64,000 nt of DNA. Source: a virus. The DNA is taken from the IMG/VR virus record IMGVR_UViG_3300030333_006551, positions 32,001 through 96,000 of that record; one strand, given 5' to 3'. The translations under genes and the position numbers were made by a program. A model generated the notes under the pieces. It saw nothing but the letters and a program-made list of their open reading frames with translations. It was not told where the DNA came from and did not search any database. Shown here piece by piece: positions 36,237 through 46,131 of the stretch (position 1 is its first letter; each line of letters starts with the position of its first letter).

Positions 36237-36460
36237 TCAATCATATGATTTTGTTTTAGCAGTCTAATTAGTCTCCAGGTGTAATTATTTCTAAAAATTT
36301 CTAACTCTGATAGACAGTTTTCTAACACCCTAAGCCCATCCTCAGAAACGGTGGGCTTTTTTTGTATGTTAGTTAAATTATTTTGTATAGCTTTTAATGT
36401 AGTAATTTCAGTTTCAGATAATTTTGCTACATGTTTTTTTATATCTTTTATATCTTTCAT
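36233..36460 (-). CDS. hypothetical protein
   Basis: Coupled to helicase stop. Confidence 0.55.
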   Translation of the reverse strand: MKDIKDIKKHVAKLSETEITTLKAIQNNLTNIQKKPTVSEDGLRVLENCLSELEIFRNNYTWRLIRLLKQNHMID

Positions 36461-37827
36461 AATACTTTTACATCATGTCCTTCGCGTTCATAGTGTTTTT
36501 TTCTTGCTCTGGAATGCTCGTTTAAATACTTTTCTTTGTCTAAGAAATCGTAAATATAAACACACTCTTTTGAGTCATGTCTTCTGAGAGCGCGGCCTAG
36601 AGCTTGGAGAGTTGCTATCTCAGATTTCATTCCTCGCGCATTTATAAAATGTGTTATTTCCTCAATGTTAACCCCTGTTTGCAGGATTTTAGTACCAATG
36701 AGGATGCTAGATTCTCCACATCCTCTGAATCTAGATATAGCTTCATACCTTTCTCCAACTGAATTGCACCCTTGGAGGAATTCACAACTCCCTCCAAGTA
36801 AGTCTTCCAAGGTTCTTCCGTGATCAAGTGATTTGGTAAGTATAAGTATACGGGCTTGTTTATTTCGTTTTCTGATATCATCTACAATCTCTCTTATAAT
36901 TTTGTTTCTTAGGTCATTGTTAATAATGTATTCATCATATACTTCTAAGTAAGACATATCCTCATCTAGCCCACTAGCAGTGTAACTTCTATCAATTAGC
37001 TGTATTATGGGTTTTGCAAGTTTTCCATCATCTATTAGATTTGCTGTATTTTTAGATTCAATAATTGGTCCTAATGCGCCCTCCAAATTATATTTTGGAA
37101 TTGGATCTTTTGGGGGCGTTGCGGTAAACCCAAATCTATATTCTGCTTTTGGGAAAGCCTGAATTGCAGGTAATGTAGTTTTTCCATTTGCAAATTCGTG
37201 ACATTCATCAATCATCAACACTTCAGCATCGTCAAGGTGAGTATCTAATATTTTTTCTATACTTTGAACAGTACAAAGCATTATATCCCCATGAATATAA
37301 CCCTCCCCATAACACAAACCAACTCCTTTAAAATTACAAGTTTGTGTTAGGAACTCATAGGTTTGAGTTAGTAGTTGTTTTGCATTAAACAGAATCACCA
37401 TTTTTTTGCCGAATAATCCCTTAATTAACCCTGCCATAATTAAAGTTTTTCCTGATCCTGTAGGAGATTTTATAATTCCCCTCAATTGATTCAGACCTCG
37501 CATAATAAGGTCCTCTTGATAATCATAATAAGTAAACCCTTCAATTTGCCAATTGTGTGGGGTTACAGGTAGGTTAGTTTTTTCGTACTTTATTTCTGGT
37601 GTACAGTCTATCTTTTTTAAATCGTCTAAGATTCTAGGTAAAAGACCTGTCCTAAAAGTTCCAGTATTTGTTATAAATTTTTTCTCTCCAGACCATCTCC
37701 TGGATCTATACGCTGACGAAAATTCACTCCCAGGGACTTTAAAGGTATATAGTTTTACTAAGGCTTTAAGTAATTTGGGATTATCAGTTATTAATTTAGA
37801 TTTAATATTTGATACTTGTATTTCCAT
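36457..37827 (-). CDS. uvsW: SF2 DNA helicase (UvsW-like)
   Basis: SPTGSGKT, DECH, TATP, QALGRALR. Confidence 0.9.
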   Translation of the reverse strand: MEIQVSNIKSKLITDNPKLLKALVKLYTFKVPGSEFSSAYRSRRWSGEKKFITNTGTFRTGLLPRILDDLKKIDCTPEIKYEKTNLPVTPHNWQIEGFTYYDYQEDLIMRGLNQLRGIIKSPTGSGKTLIMAGLIKGLFGKKMVILFNAKQLLTQTYEFLTQTCNFKGVGLCYGEGYIHGDIMLCTVQSIEKILDTHLDDAEVLMIDECHEFANGKTTLPAIQAFPKAEYRFGFTATPPKDPIPKYNLEGALGPIIESKNTANLIDDGKLAKPIIQLIDRSYTASGLDEDMSYLEVYDEYIINNDLRNKIIREIVDDIRKRNKQARILILTKSLDHGRTLEDLLGGSCEFLQGCNSVGERYEAISRFRGCGESSILIGTKILQTGVNIEEITHFINARGMKSEIATLQALGRALRRHDSKECVYIYDFLDKEKYLNEHSRARKKHYEREGHDVKVL

Positions 37828-37855
37828 ACATCCTATAATAGTCTAGAGGTAAAAA

Positions 37856-38620
37856 ATGAATACGAAAGAAACCACCCCAGAAGCTTTTTCTCTGACTGAG
37901 GAGGAGGAAATTGCTAGTATCTTAGAGCATCTTCCAAGTGATGTTGAGATACAGGTAGAAGTCCCTTCCAGGGGAAAGTTTTATGGATCGAATTTTGATG
38001 AAACAAAAGTCTCTGTTCGTCCTATGAGTTTTGAGGATGAAAAGGCAATTATTACAGCGCAAAACGATCCTTCAATAGATGGAGCTAACCTACTTCTATC
38101 TAGATGCGTACAGGGCTTAGATGTTGAAAATTTGCTTTTAATGGACAAATTGTTTCTTATTTTAAAAATTAGAGAATTATCTTATGGCTCTGAATATAAA
38201 GTCATGTCCTTATGCTCTAAGTGTAATGCTGAAAATAAGCTATCTATTGAACTTGATAAATTAATCAATGTTAGTATCCCTGATGATTTTACGGATCCTC
38301 AGGAGATTTATCTTCCAAAGATCAAAAAAAATTGTAAGGTAAGAATGCCTAGGGTTACTGATGAGGCTTATCTTACCAACCCTGACAAAACACTTGACCA
38401 ACTCTGGAGGTTCGTTCCAGAAATAGGAGGCAGCAAAGATAAAGGTGTCATCGCCAAAGTGATTAAGAGATTACCCATCTCAGATCTACATACAATAATT
38501 AACGCAGTATCGAATACTGAATATGGTATTCAAACTGAAGTTAAATTTATTTGTTCAACTTGTAGTGAGCACAACGCGATAGCCTTGCCGATTACGCCAA
38601 ATTTTTTCTCTCCGAATTAA
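37856..38620 (+). CDS. baseplate hub / tail assembly chaperone (T4 gp26-like)
   Basis: VPSRGKFY, VRPMSFEDE, IRELSYG, two CxxC, ends NFF. Confidence 0.8.
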   Translation: MNTKETTPEAFSLTEEEEIASILEHLPSDVEIQVEVPSRGKFYGSNFDETKVSVRPMSFEDEKAIITAQNDPSIDGANLLLSRCVQGLDVENLLLMDKLFLILKIRELSYGSEYKVMSLCSKCNAENKLSIELDKLINVSIPDDFTDPQEIYLPKIKKNCKVRMPRVTDEAYLTNPDKTLDQLWRFVPEIGGSKDKGVIAKVIKRLPISDLHTIINAVSNTEYGIQTEVKFICSTCSEHNAIALPITPNFFSPN

Positions 38621-38799
38621 CTGATGGATTAACTTTAAAAGACCTAATTCAAGAAGCCTATATACTAATAAAGCATGTGGGCTTAAGTTATAGCGATGTT
38701 CTACACTTAACTAGGTCTGAAAGAGTTATATTTATGAATCTTCTTATGGAAGAGCAGGAGCGAGAAAAAGATGCCATTAGTAAATCAAACATCAGTTAA
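38602..38799 (+). CDS. -1 frame extension (gp51-like), no own start codon
   Basis: QEAYILIKHVGLSYSDVLHLTRSERVIF; overlapping slippery heptamers at 38599-38608. Confidence 0.65.
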   Translation, partial: FFLSELTDGLTLKDLIQEAYILIKHVGLSYSDVLHLTRSERVIFMNLLMEEQEREKDAISKSNIS

Positions 38800-39799
38800 T
38801 GATCGTCATAATAGACCAAGCGTACTTTCTAGAGTGCTGCTTAGATCCTTTTTTATAGATGATGGGATTCCTAGAAACCCTTATGCTATTAGATCAGTAC
38901 ACATTTTTAACAAGAATGACCATATAGCCCCTAACACAGTTTTAGGCGAAGATGGTCTAATTTCGGAGGAAGGTGCTGAGAAGTCCTTAATGGTATTTGG
39001 ACCTGCGGCAGAGGATGGTGAAACACTAACTGCTAGTAATTTTGATGAAGATTCCTACACAGGAGAAGTAAATCCTGCTCCTACTGAAGGACAGCAAGAT
39101 ATTACTAATGTCGGTACAAGCGGCATCTATAATTTAGGTAAAAAAGTTGGAGAATACGGCGTAGTTTTAGATGGCTTTAATGCCGGGAACATTTCAGGTG
39201 TTGATAGAGTAAATCAGTTTATTGTTCAAAACACAGCATCATCAACCGCAAAATACATTGATGTTTGGACAGTAAAGTTTAGCCCTAATTCTGATTGGCA
39301 GGTTGTTATAAATGACTTTGAGCTTTTTGCTGATACTTTTGTAACTTTAACTCAGCCTTTACTTCTCACTGCAAAAAATAAACTATTTAACAGACGCATA
39401 AGGTTAGGTTCTGATGTTTCTATTAAGGTAGGAACTGAAATCACGATTCAAAATCGAGATATTGACGAAGCTACTAAAAATGCATTAAAAGGCTCTTCTG
39501 TTAGTGGTGTAGAGATCAAAATGCATAAGCATAATGAAGATGTAAATCTTCCAGCTAGAGTGTTAGTTGCTTCTTCAACCGATGTTGAAGTAACTTCAGA
39601 TAACACAATAGTTTGGAATTTTGATACAACAGACCTTAGAGGTAAACGACCAGGAGACACCTACGATGAAGGCGAGGAGGTTCCAATTTTTGATGATGAT
39701 GATTTAGGGTCAAGAACTGGTACTTATTCTATTCAAGTTTCATATGATTTAATTGATCAGCACATAGTTAGCCCACTATTTTATCTAATAATTAGTTAA
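38771..39799 (+). CDS. hypothetical virion protein
   Basis: 342-aa ORF. Confidence 0.6.
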   Translation: MPLVNQTSVNDRHNRPSVLSRVLLRSFFIDDGIPRNPYAIRSVHIFNKNDHIAPNTVLGEDGLISEEGAEKSLMVFGPAAEDGETLTASNFDEDSYTGEVNPAPTEGQQDITNVGTSGIYNLGKKVGEYGVVLDGFNAGNISGVDRVNQFIVQNTASSTAKYIDVWTVKFSPNSDWQVVINDFELFADTFVTLTQPLLLTAKNKLFNRRIRLGSDVSIKVGTEITIQNRDIDEATKNALKGSSVSGVEIKMHKHNEDVNLPARVLVASSTDVEVTSDNTIVWNFDTTDLRGKRPGDTYDEGEEVPIFDDDDLGSRTGTYSIQVSYDLIDQHIVSPLFYLIIS

Positions 39800-39841
39800 C
39801 TTATTAGATTCGTAGAGTATATAAATTAGGAGATACACCCA

Positions 39842-40396
39842 ATGGCTATTACAAAATACACAATAAGCAAAGGAAGCTTCGGGGACGCGGAAAATGGCGA
39901 AACATTTGCAGCATCAGGAAGCACCTTCGATAACAGTGGAATCACTGGAGATTGGAGAGTACATATTCAAAATATTGAAATCATGTACCGCAGAAAGACT
40001 CAGTATAAGCCTGAAGATGGTACAGAAGATTTTAATTACATCGAGGCTAGTTATACTATTGAAACTTCTAGAGAGCATATTTACGCAACCGCAAGTGGTG
40101 GCGACTTCTTTAAACCCCATGTTTTAGAGCTTCAGAGTGACTCCTCGACTGGTGGTGTAGGCTTAAGTGGCACCATTAGAACCCAAGAGATGGGGTTCAT
40201 GCGAAGACTTGTGCAAGAGGATGATGTTGAATCACAAACCAGAACAACTGCATCAGTTAATGCATGCAGGCTTCCTGGGGCTTACAATGCAAGTTTCGAT
40301 ACTTCCACCACGGTAAACGGGACAATATTTGATATTTGTCAGGCAGCAAAGCAAAAATCCTGTCCTGAATTTGAATTAGCATTCTTAGATCTCTAA
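39842..40396 (+). CDS. hypothetical protein
   Basis: AGGAGA RBS. Confidence 0.6.
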   Translation: MAITKYTISKGSFGDAENGETFAASGSTFDNSGITGDWRVHIQNIEIMYRRKTQYKPEDGTEDFNYIEASYTIETSREHIYATASGGDFFKPHVLELQSDSSTGGVGLSGTIRTQEMGFMRRLVQEDDVESQTRTTASVNACRLPGAYNASFDTSTTVNGTIFDICQAAKQKSCPEFELAFLDL

Positions 40397-41403
40397 AAGG
40401 TTTGGTTTAGCTGCTGATTAGCGATGGTTTCGTAGGTATAATCGTACTGATTTTCATGAATCCAAGAACTTAAGTTTTCCTCCTTAATATGTGCTTCATT
40501 CCAATCTTTTGATGTTTGTGGGGGAAACACTACACTAAATTCAGGCATTAAATACTGCCGTCTTTGAGTTTCGAACTTAGCCAAACCCCGAACCCCTGCG
40601 TCATCATTGTCATATGCAAGAATTATCTTACCTGAAAACTCTTTGAGCATTTGCATTTGGACCCCCGAGATTGAGCTTCCGACAGTGCAAGTAGCATTAA
40701 AGCCATGTAGGTTTAATGTAATAGCGTCTAGGGGACCCTCGCAGATAATTAGGTGATCAGCGTCATAATCAAATGGGTACAGAATATTACTGGCTTTGAT
40801 TCCTTCGTCAACAGAGGGATTTAGGTACTTGGGTTGTATGTCAGGTGATAAAGCACGGGCCTGGAAAAAGAAAATTTCACCCATGTCATCCTTGAACGGG
40901 ATAATTAGACGATCCTTATACCTCCCTTGTGTAGCTAGATAGTATGGAGCCTCTTCAAATTTAGAAGTATTGAAGAGCCCTCTGGACATAAGAAAGTTCC
41001 AAGCTTTTATCACCTGATCATTCTTTGATTCATAACTATTGATGTTTATAGGGATGAAACCTTGTAGATCTAAGGTTGATTCTACTTCAGTACTTTCTTT
41101 CTTTTCAGATGTTCTTTCCCACGCTGCATAGTTATTATCCTCTAACTCACGAAATAAAAGGGCCGACTCCGCTCGTTTATACGAAATACCTTCTAAAATC
41201 GAGTATAAACGGATGAAATTTCCTGTTTTACCTGTTTTGAAGCATTGCCACAAACCTGAGGTGAGATTGACGCTCATATGTTTTTTGTAGTCATTTTCGA
41301 TGAAAAAGGATGGGATTATAAGCTCTGCATGGTTGGATGATTCTTTATAATCGCTGCCCACTTTTTCAATGAGGTAGTCTTTAATGAACTGAGGATTTAT
41401 CAT
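40393..41403 (-). CDS. DNA primase (DnaG/TOPRIM)
   Basis: WQCFKTGKTGN, RLIIPF, FQAR, KYLNP, CEGPLDA, YDNDDAG, KDWNE. Confidence 0.9.
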   Translation of the reverse strand: MINPQFIKDYLIEKVGSDYKESSNHAELIIPSFFIENDYKKHMSVNLTSGLWQCFKTGKTGNFIRLYSILEGISYKRAESALLFRELEDNNYAAWERTSEKKESTEVESTLDLQGFIPININSYESKNDQVIKAWNFLMSRGLFNTSKFEEAPYYLATQGRYKDRLIIPFKDDMGEIFFFQARALSPDIQPKYLNPSVDEGIKASNILYPFDYDADHLIICEGPLDAITLNLHGFNATCTVGSSISGVQMQMLKEFSGKIILAYDNDDAGVRGLAKFETQRRQYLMPEFSVVFPPQTSKDWNEAHIKEENLSSWIHENQYDYTYETIANQQLNQTF

Positions 41404-42169
41404 GTTTATAAATACAATAAGTAATTCGAAACGAGACACATTTAAGCAGTGCAAGCTCAAGTACCGCTACAAGTATGTAGACAAACTTGAGGAGCCTGAC
41501 TCATTAAATACCGACGCTCTTCATTTTGGCTCATATATCCACAAAATCTTTGAGGATGGAGTCCAAAGCACTACTTTTGAGCAACTAAAAGGTATATCAG
41601 AAGACTTAAAAGGAAATTATAAGTTTTCCAAGAGCTATAACAACAAAATAGACCCTTGTTTAAAGAATTTTCTACGCCTAAATGCTTCTTTTTCAGAAGT
41701 AGGTACAAGTGAACAGCATTTTAACCTAGAGATTGCGGAAGGTATCACCATTAACGGATATATTGATAGGATTATCAAAGGGCGTAACGGTGGATATCTC
41801 GTTTTAGACTACAAAACATCTAAAAGAGAGAAAAGTAAGATAGACCTCTTCCAAGATAGCCAAATGAAAGGCTATGTATATGCCGTGCATAAGCTCTACA
41901 ATATTCCGATTGAGAGTATTACTGCTGGTCACTACTACCCTCTGTCGGATAACTTAGTGACCGTGAAATATACCTCTGCTCAGATACGAGCACACATTAA
42001 GAGTGTGCTAGATGATGTATGGAAAATCAGAAAGGCTAAGAAAACTGATTTAACTCCCATGCAGAATCAGTTCTGCAATTGGTGCGCGTATAAAAGCTAC
42101 TGCACTGAGTTTAATGAGGGTTGTGTCGTTCAACAACGACTAAGCGAGGCTAAGAAGCGGAGCGGTTAA
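41402..42169 (+). CDS. PD-(D/E)XK (RecB/Cas4-like) nuclease
   Basis: GSYIHKIFE, GYIDRI, DYKTS, Q..GY, CNWCAYKSYC. Confidence 0.9.
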   Translation: MFINTISNSKRDTFKQCKLKYRYKYVDKLEEPDSLNTDALHFGSYIHKIFEDGVQSTTFEQLKGISEDLKGNYKFSKSYNNKIDPCLKNFLRLNASFSEVGTSEQHFNLEIAEGITINGYIDRIIKGRNGGYLVLDYKTSKREKSKIDLFQDSQMKGYVYAVHKLYNIPIESITAGHYYPLSDNLVTVKYTSAQIRAHIKSVLDDVWKIRKAKKTDLTPMQNQFCNWCAYKSYCTEFNEGCVVQQRLSEAKKRSG

Positions 42170-42431
42170 AGAAGTTATAAAGCATCCAACTTGTACCAGA
42201 GCCTAAAGCTCCGTCAAGTAAAAGGCAATTTGTGGGCGAAAGGTATGTATACCCTAAAAGAACGCCAACCCAAAAACCAAAGCAAAGAGGGCAGCTAAAG
42301 AGCTTGCCTAAAAAATCGCTTCTATTTCTAATAGCAGTTCTCCATTTCTCAAAAATGGTGCCATCGGTAACTATGAGGGTGAGGCTAAAGCAAACCAAAA
42401 CCCACATAAAAAAGCTGTGTAAATCTGTCAT
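42150..42431 (-). CDS. DUF1360-like membrane protein
   Basis: IFEKWR...LFSCPLCFGFWVG. Confidence 0.7.
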   Translation of the reverse strand: MTDLHSFFMWVLVCFSLTLIVTDGTIFEKWRTAIRNRSDFLGKLFSCPLCFGFWVGVLLGYTYLSPTNCLLLDGALGSGTSWMLYNFFNRSAS

Positions 42432-42442
42432 TTGAATATCAA

Positions 42443-42742
42443 TCATAATAAGTGTTTCGTTAATTTCCCTGTCAATAAGGGTCTGTAGATATCTATATCT
42501 ATTGTCTCAAAAAAGTTAAGGACTTGATCTCTTGAATATTTACATTTCTTAGTTAAATATAAGTATAAAGTATTTATTTTCAATACTTTACCTTTATTTA
42601 TAGTATGTAATATTTTTAACTGAAAATGCTTAATAAATTTTTCACTATACTTATGTCTCCATTTCTCCGTAAATTCATTACTTAGCGTATGATTAAGGAG
42701 ATCAAGAAAATCAATTAACTCGATGTCTACTGTATTACTCAT
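42443..42742 (-). CDS. hypothetical protein
   Basis: ORF. Confidence 0.55.
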   Translation of the reverse strand: MSNTVDIELIDFLDLLNHTLSNEFTEKWRHKYSEKFIKHFQLKILHTINKGKVLKINTLYLYLTKKCKYSRDQVLNFFETIDIDIYRPLLTGKLTKHLL

Positions 42743-42777
42743 TGTTTAACCATTAATATATATAAATATAGACAGAC

Positions 42778-43272
42778 ATGGCTAAATTCTCTAAAACTTT
42801 CTTGAATAAACTTTTGGACCTTGTTTTGGCAGGGTCTTTCGGTAATCCCGAAACTGTTGAAAAAATGGGACTACGGGAAAATACTACCCAGCTATTTAAA
42901 GGTAGTAGCCTTATTGATGCAGGGGATATGGTTTATTTTAGTTATACGGGAGAAGAACGACTTCTTTTCGTAACTAAAGCCAGGGGAGGTGGTGGTATTT
43001 ATAATACTCCCCAAAATAATAAAGTAATCTCTGGATTTTTAGTTAATGATGTACCTGTAGAAGTAATTCATACTGTTCTTACAGGGCTATATAAAAATGC
43101 ACAGAGGTACGGGTTTCCCGTCAGATCGCTATTTACTTATAAAGCAACAAAAGGACTATCCAGGGTGTTTAGATCTGAAAATTTTAGAACTTTTATGACA
43201 ACCAAAGTTGATGGTAATATAAATCAACTTAATATGGAAATAAATCCGAACGCAGAAATTACTGAGCAATAA
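42778..43272 (+). CDS. hypothetical late protein (possibly DNA end-protector-like)
   Basis: TATAAATA at 42761; GDMVYFSY...FRTF pattern only weakly suggestive. Confidence 0.4.
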   Translation: MAKFSKTFLNKLLDLVLAGSFGNPETVEKMGLRENTTQLFKGSSLIDAGDMVYFSYTGEERLLFVTKARGGGGIYNTPQNNKVISGFLVNDVPVEVIHTVLTGLYKNAQRYGFPVRSLFTYKATKGLSRVFRSENFRTFMTTKVDGNINQLNMEINPNAEITEQ

Positions 43273-44885
43273 TGGTAAGTCAGAACCAAAACACTTTTTT
43301 CACTCTAAATGAGTCACTAAATCTAGTTTATACAGGTTTAGATGGACTCAGAAAATCCATGGATATGGGTCATTTGGCTTTTAACGCTTTAATAACACCA
43401 GTAAAGGAATTAGGAAGAGCAGTTCAAGAAGCTAATAATCTGCAAAAACAATCGCTTGCAATAGATAAAACTTTAGCAGGGTTAACCGAAGGAAATAATG
43501 CAGCACTAGCGTCTTTACGAGGGGGCTTTGCCGAAAATACTCAATCTCTTATAGAACTAAGAAGCGCGGGTTTTGATAAGTTAAACCCTGCAACGCTCCA
43601 ATTAGCGACTTTTATGAGAAACACTGGGCAAAGCACTCAGGGTCTTATGAAATTAAATCAGCTTCTCTTTAATCAGGGAGGGTTAACTGAAAATTCATTA
43701 AACAGCTTATCTGAAAATTTGATGTATACTTCTACTGCTTACAATATCACAACTACTGATTTAATTGGAGCAGTCCAGGAACTTTCGGGTAAAATGGGAA
43801 CTTTCGGTCAGTTAGGTATTGCTGGTCCTTTATCTGATGCTGTAATTGAATTAACTGGTCGAATGGGAGCGCAGTTCGGAAGCACTATTGGAAAGTTTGC
43901 CTCTGTACTTGCAGATCCCGCAACTAGCTCTTCACTGCTTCAACGATTAGGATTATTAGAAATTGCTAGGGATATTAGAGCGGGAACACTGTCACCCTCT
44001 CAGATGACTGAGAGACTGTCAGACGCAATCTCTATCGGTGCTAGACAAACTCAAGCTCTTACAGGTGGAGCAGGAGGGGAGTTAGGTGAAGTATTCACTG
44101 CGTTACTTGGTATCGCAGGTGGAGAAGGTGGTTTGGGGCAGATGGCTTTACAGTTAAATAGAGCAGGCATGGCACCTGAAGGACCAGAACAGGTCTTAGC
44201 AAATCAGATGCGAGAGTTAAATATATTATTTTCTGAAATAGGTGAACCATTAAAAGAAATGGGTGCTATTTTATTACCACCTATAGTAGATATTTTAACT
44301 ACACTAAAAACTCCACTAAAAATTCTAGTAGCAACACTATTCCCTGCTCTTATTGGAGTAGCTACAACTTTATTAACCGTTCAAGCTACTAGATTTGCCA
44401 TAACAACGGCACAGTGGGTGGCTACACAAATACAGGGGAAAACCTTAATCGGTGCCATAGGTAGCTTAATAGGCGCTACTCATGGGAATACAATAGCACA
44501 AACTAAATCCGCTACCGCTGCACTTGCTGCGGGTGGAGTAATAGGCATTTTACTTGGCGCTGTTGTAGGTATAGGTACGATGGCTGCATCAATGTCAAGC
44601 ATAGCAAAATCAAGTGAAGAAAGCCTTCAAATGGAGAAGGATAAATTCCACAACGAACAGAGAAGGCAGCAGATGGATGTTGCAAGTACAAACTCCTTTT
44701 TACAAATGGCAAAAGCTATTTCATCCGATGCAGGAATTGCTATGGCGTTCCGACCTGATTTATTAGATCCTATTCGTAGAGATGAAGTAGCTAGATCAGT
44801 AATTGATTACTTAGATGAAATAGCCCGAGGTGTTGCAACTCCAGCACCAACTGATGTTGGTTTAATTATAGGAGCGACCCCATAA
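43272..44885 (+). CDS. tape-measure-like protein
   Basis: Helical Ala/Gly/Leu-rich with hydrophobic segments; precedes baseplate genes. Confidence 0.65.
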   Translation: MVSQNQNTFFTLNESLNLVYTGLDGLRKSMDMGHLAFNALITPVKELGRAVQEANNLQKQSLAIDKTLAGLTEGNNAALASLRGGFAENTQSLIELRSAGFDKLNPATLQLATFMRNTGQSTQGLMKLNQLLFNQGGLTENSLNSLSENLMYTSTAYNITTTDLIGAVQELSGKMGTFGQLGIAGPLSDAVIELTGRMGAQFGSTIGKFASVLADPATSSSLLQRLGLLEIARDIRAGTLSPSQMTERLSDAISIGARQTQALTGGAGGELGEVFTALLGIAGGEGGLGQMALQLNRAGMAPEGPEQVLANQMRELNILFSEIGEPLKEMGAILLPPIVDILTTLKTPLKILVATLFPALIGVATTLLTVQATRFAITTAQWVATQIQGKTLIGAIGSLIGATHGNTIAQTKSATAALAAGGVIGILLGAVVGIGTMAASMSSIAKSSEESLQMEKDKFHNEQRRQQMDVASTNSFLQMAKAISSDAGIAMAFRPDLLDPIRRDEVARSVIDYLDEIARGVATPAPTDVGLIIGATP

Positions 44886-44888
44886 GTT

Positions 44889-45818
44889 ATGACTATATTA
44901 AGAATAGATTCACATATTGAGGAAAGATCAAGACTTGTTTTTGTGTTCCCAACTCATGATAAAGATGTTAAGAGAATATTACCTTTCTTTGAGAATGTAA
45001 CAATTAAGGAGTCTAAGTCTGCTAAATTAGTAAAATATAACCCTATCGGTAGATCATCAAATTCTTTTGGATACACAGGTGCTGACTCTAGAAAATTAGC
45101 ACTAACTTTTAACATGACTTTGCCAAACATTCAAAGTTTTGTTACAGCAGGGATTGGATCTAATTTAGGCATGAGAAGAAGAGATAAGTCAGTTGAGAAT
45201 TTACAAAAATCTTTCTTCCAAGACTTTACCAATCAAGAACGACTGGGGCCTGCTCGTTCAAGTAAATATGAAAAACAGTGGGAAGAAATTTTAGGAAAAG
45301 ATCCTACTGGATCAGGGGGAGAAAATAACGAGGAATACGATCTTTTAAAGTATAAAGAAAAAGTAGAAGATAGTCCTTTACTTGGAATGGATGAGATGAA
45401 ATACCGCATAATTGATGCGATTGTATATTGGGCCAATTTAATTCGATCAAGTGTTTTAAATAACGCACAAAATCCTTTCTATGGACCTCCAATTGTTCGC
45501 TTAACCTATGGTGTACTATATCAGAACATACCTTGTGTATGCACTTCTTATCGAATATCTGCTGATGATAAAGCAGGTTATGACCAAAGAACTATGCTTC
45601 CTAGAGTGATAGGTGTTAGCATGGACCTTTTAGAGGTGCGAGAGGGAGACAGAGGAGCTTATAAGCAAGCGGTTCCAATTAGTCGAGATAACTTAGCAGG
45701 TTGGGAGTCTATTGTTCTTAGCGACTACCAATCTACTGATCCCATGATGAGCAGTTCGGATGTAGTCCCAGGAAAACCGATGACAAGCAGGGATGACGAT
45801 AAACCTAGATGGAGATAA
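44889..45818 (+). CDS. baseplate tail-tube initiator-like protein
   Basis: YNPIGRS...YTGADSRKL; GPPIVRLTYG...PCVCTSY. Confidence 0.7.
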   Translation: MTILRIDSHIEERSRLVFVFPTHDKDVKRILPFFENVTIKESKSAKLVKYNPIGRSSNSFGYTGADSRKLALTFNMTLPNIQSFVTAGIGSNLGMRRRDKSVENLQKSFFQDFTNQERLGPARSSKYEKQWEEILGKDPTGSGGENNEEYDLLKYKEKVEDSPLLGMDEMKYRIIDAIVYWANLIRSSVLNNAQNPFYGPPIVRLTYGVLYQNIPCVCTSYRISADDKAGYDQRTMLPRVIGVSMDLLEVREGDRGAYKQAVPISRDNLAGWESIVLSDYQSTDPMMSSSDVVPGKPMTSRDDDKPRWR

Positions 45819-45821
45819 TAA

Positions 45822-46127
45822 ATGATTGGAGAAAGTAGAACTAGCATTACTCGATACGGGCATGGAGTTAGAGCACTATTCCATAAAGGCCGAAATATAA
45901 CTACTTCTGTAGGGTCACAAATAGATGCCGTCTCAGAAAATATTACAGACGTGCAAACAAAAATTGGCAGAGTTCCAGCAGGATTTGAGCATAGACCTGA
46001 CCTTATCTCAAATGTTTTCTTTGGAACTCCAGGATACTGGTGGTATTTAATGTTAGTAAATGGAGTTACGGACCCTTTTGAAGGCTTTAATAGTGGGGAT
46101 CAAATACTTATACCAGTAATCTCGTAA
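45822..46127 (+). CDS. baseplate wedge gp53-like (LysM) protein
   Basis: RPDLISNVFFGTPGYWWYLMLVNGVTDPF...GDQILIP. Confidence 0.85.
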   Translation: MIGESRTSITRYGHGVRALFHKGRNITTSVGSQIDAVSENITDVQTKIGRVPAGFEHRPDLISNVFFGTPGYWWYLMLVNGVTDPFEGFNSGDQILIPVIS

Positions 46128-46131
46128 TGCT

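Noticed and set aside
38699-38709. TTCTACACTTA half-match to the 25-bp element
   Set aside because: The left half and GC flank are absent, and it lies in coding sequence.
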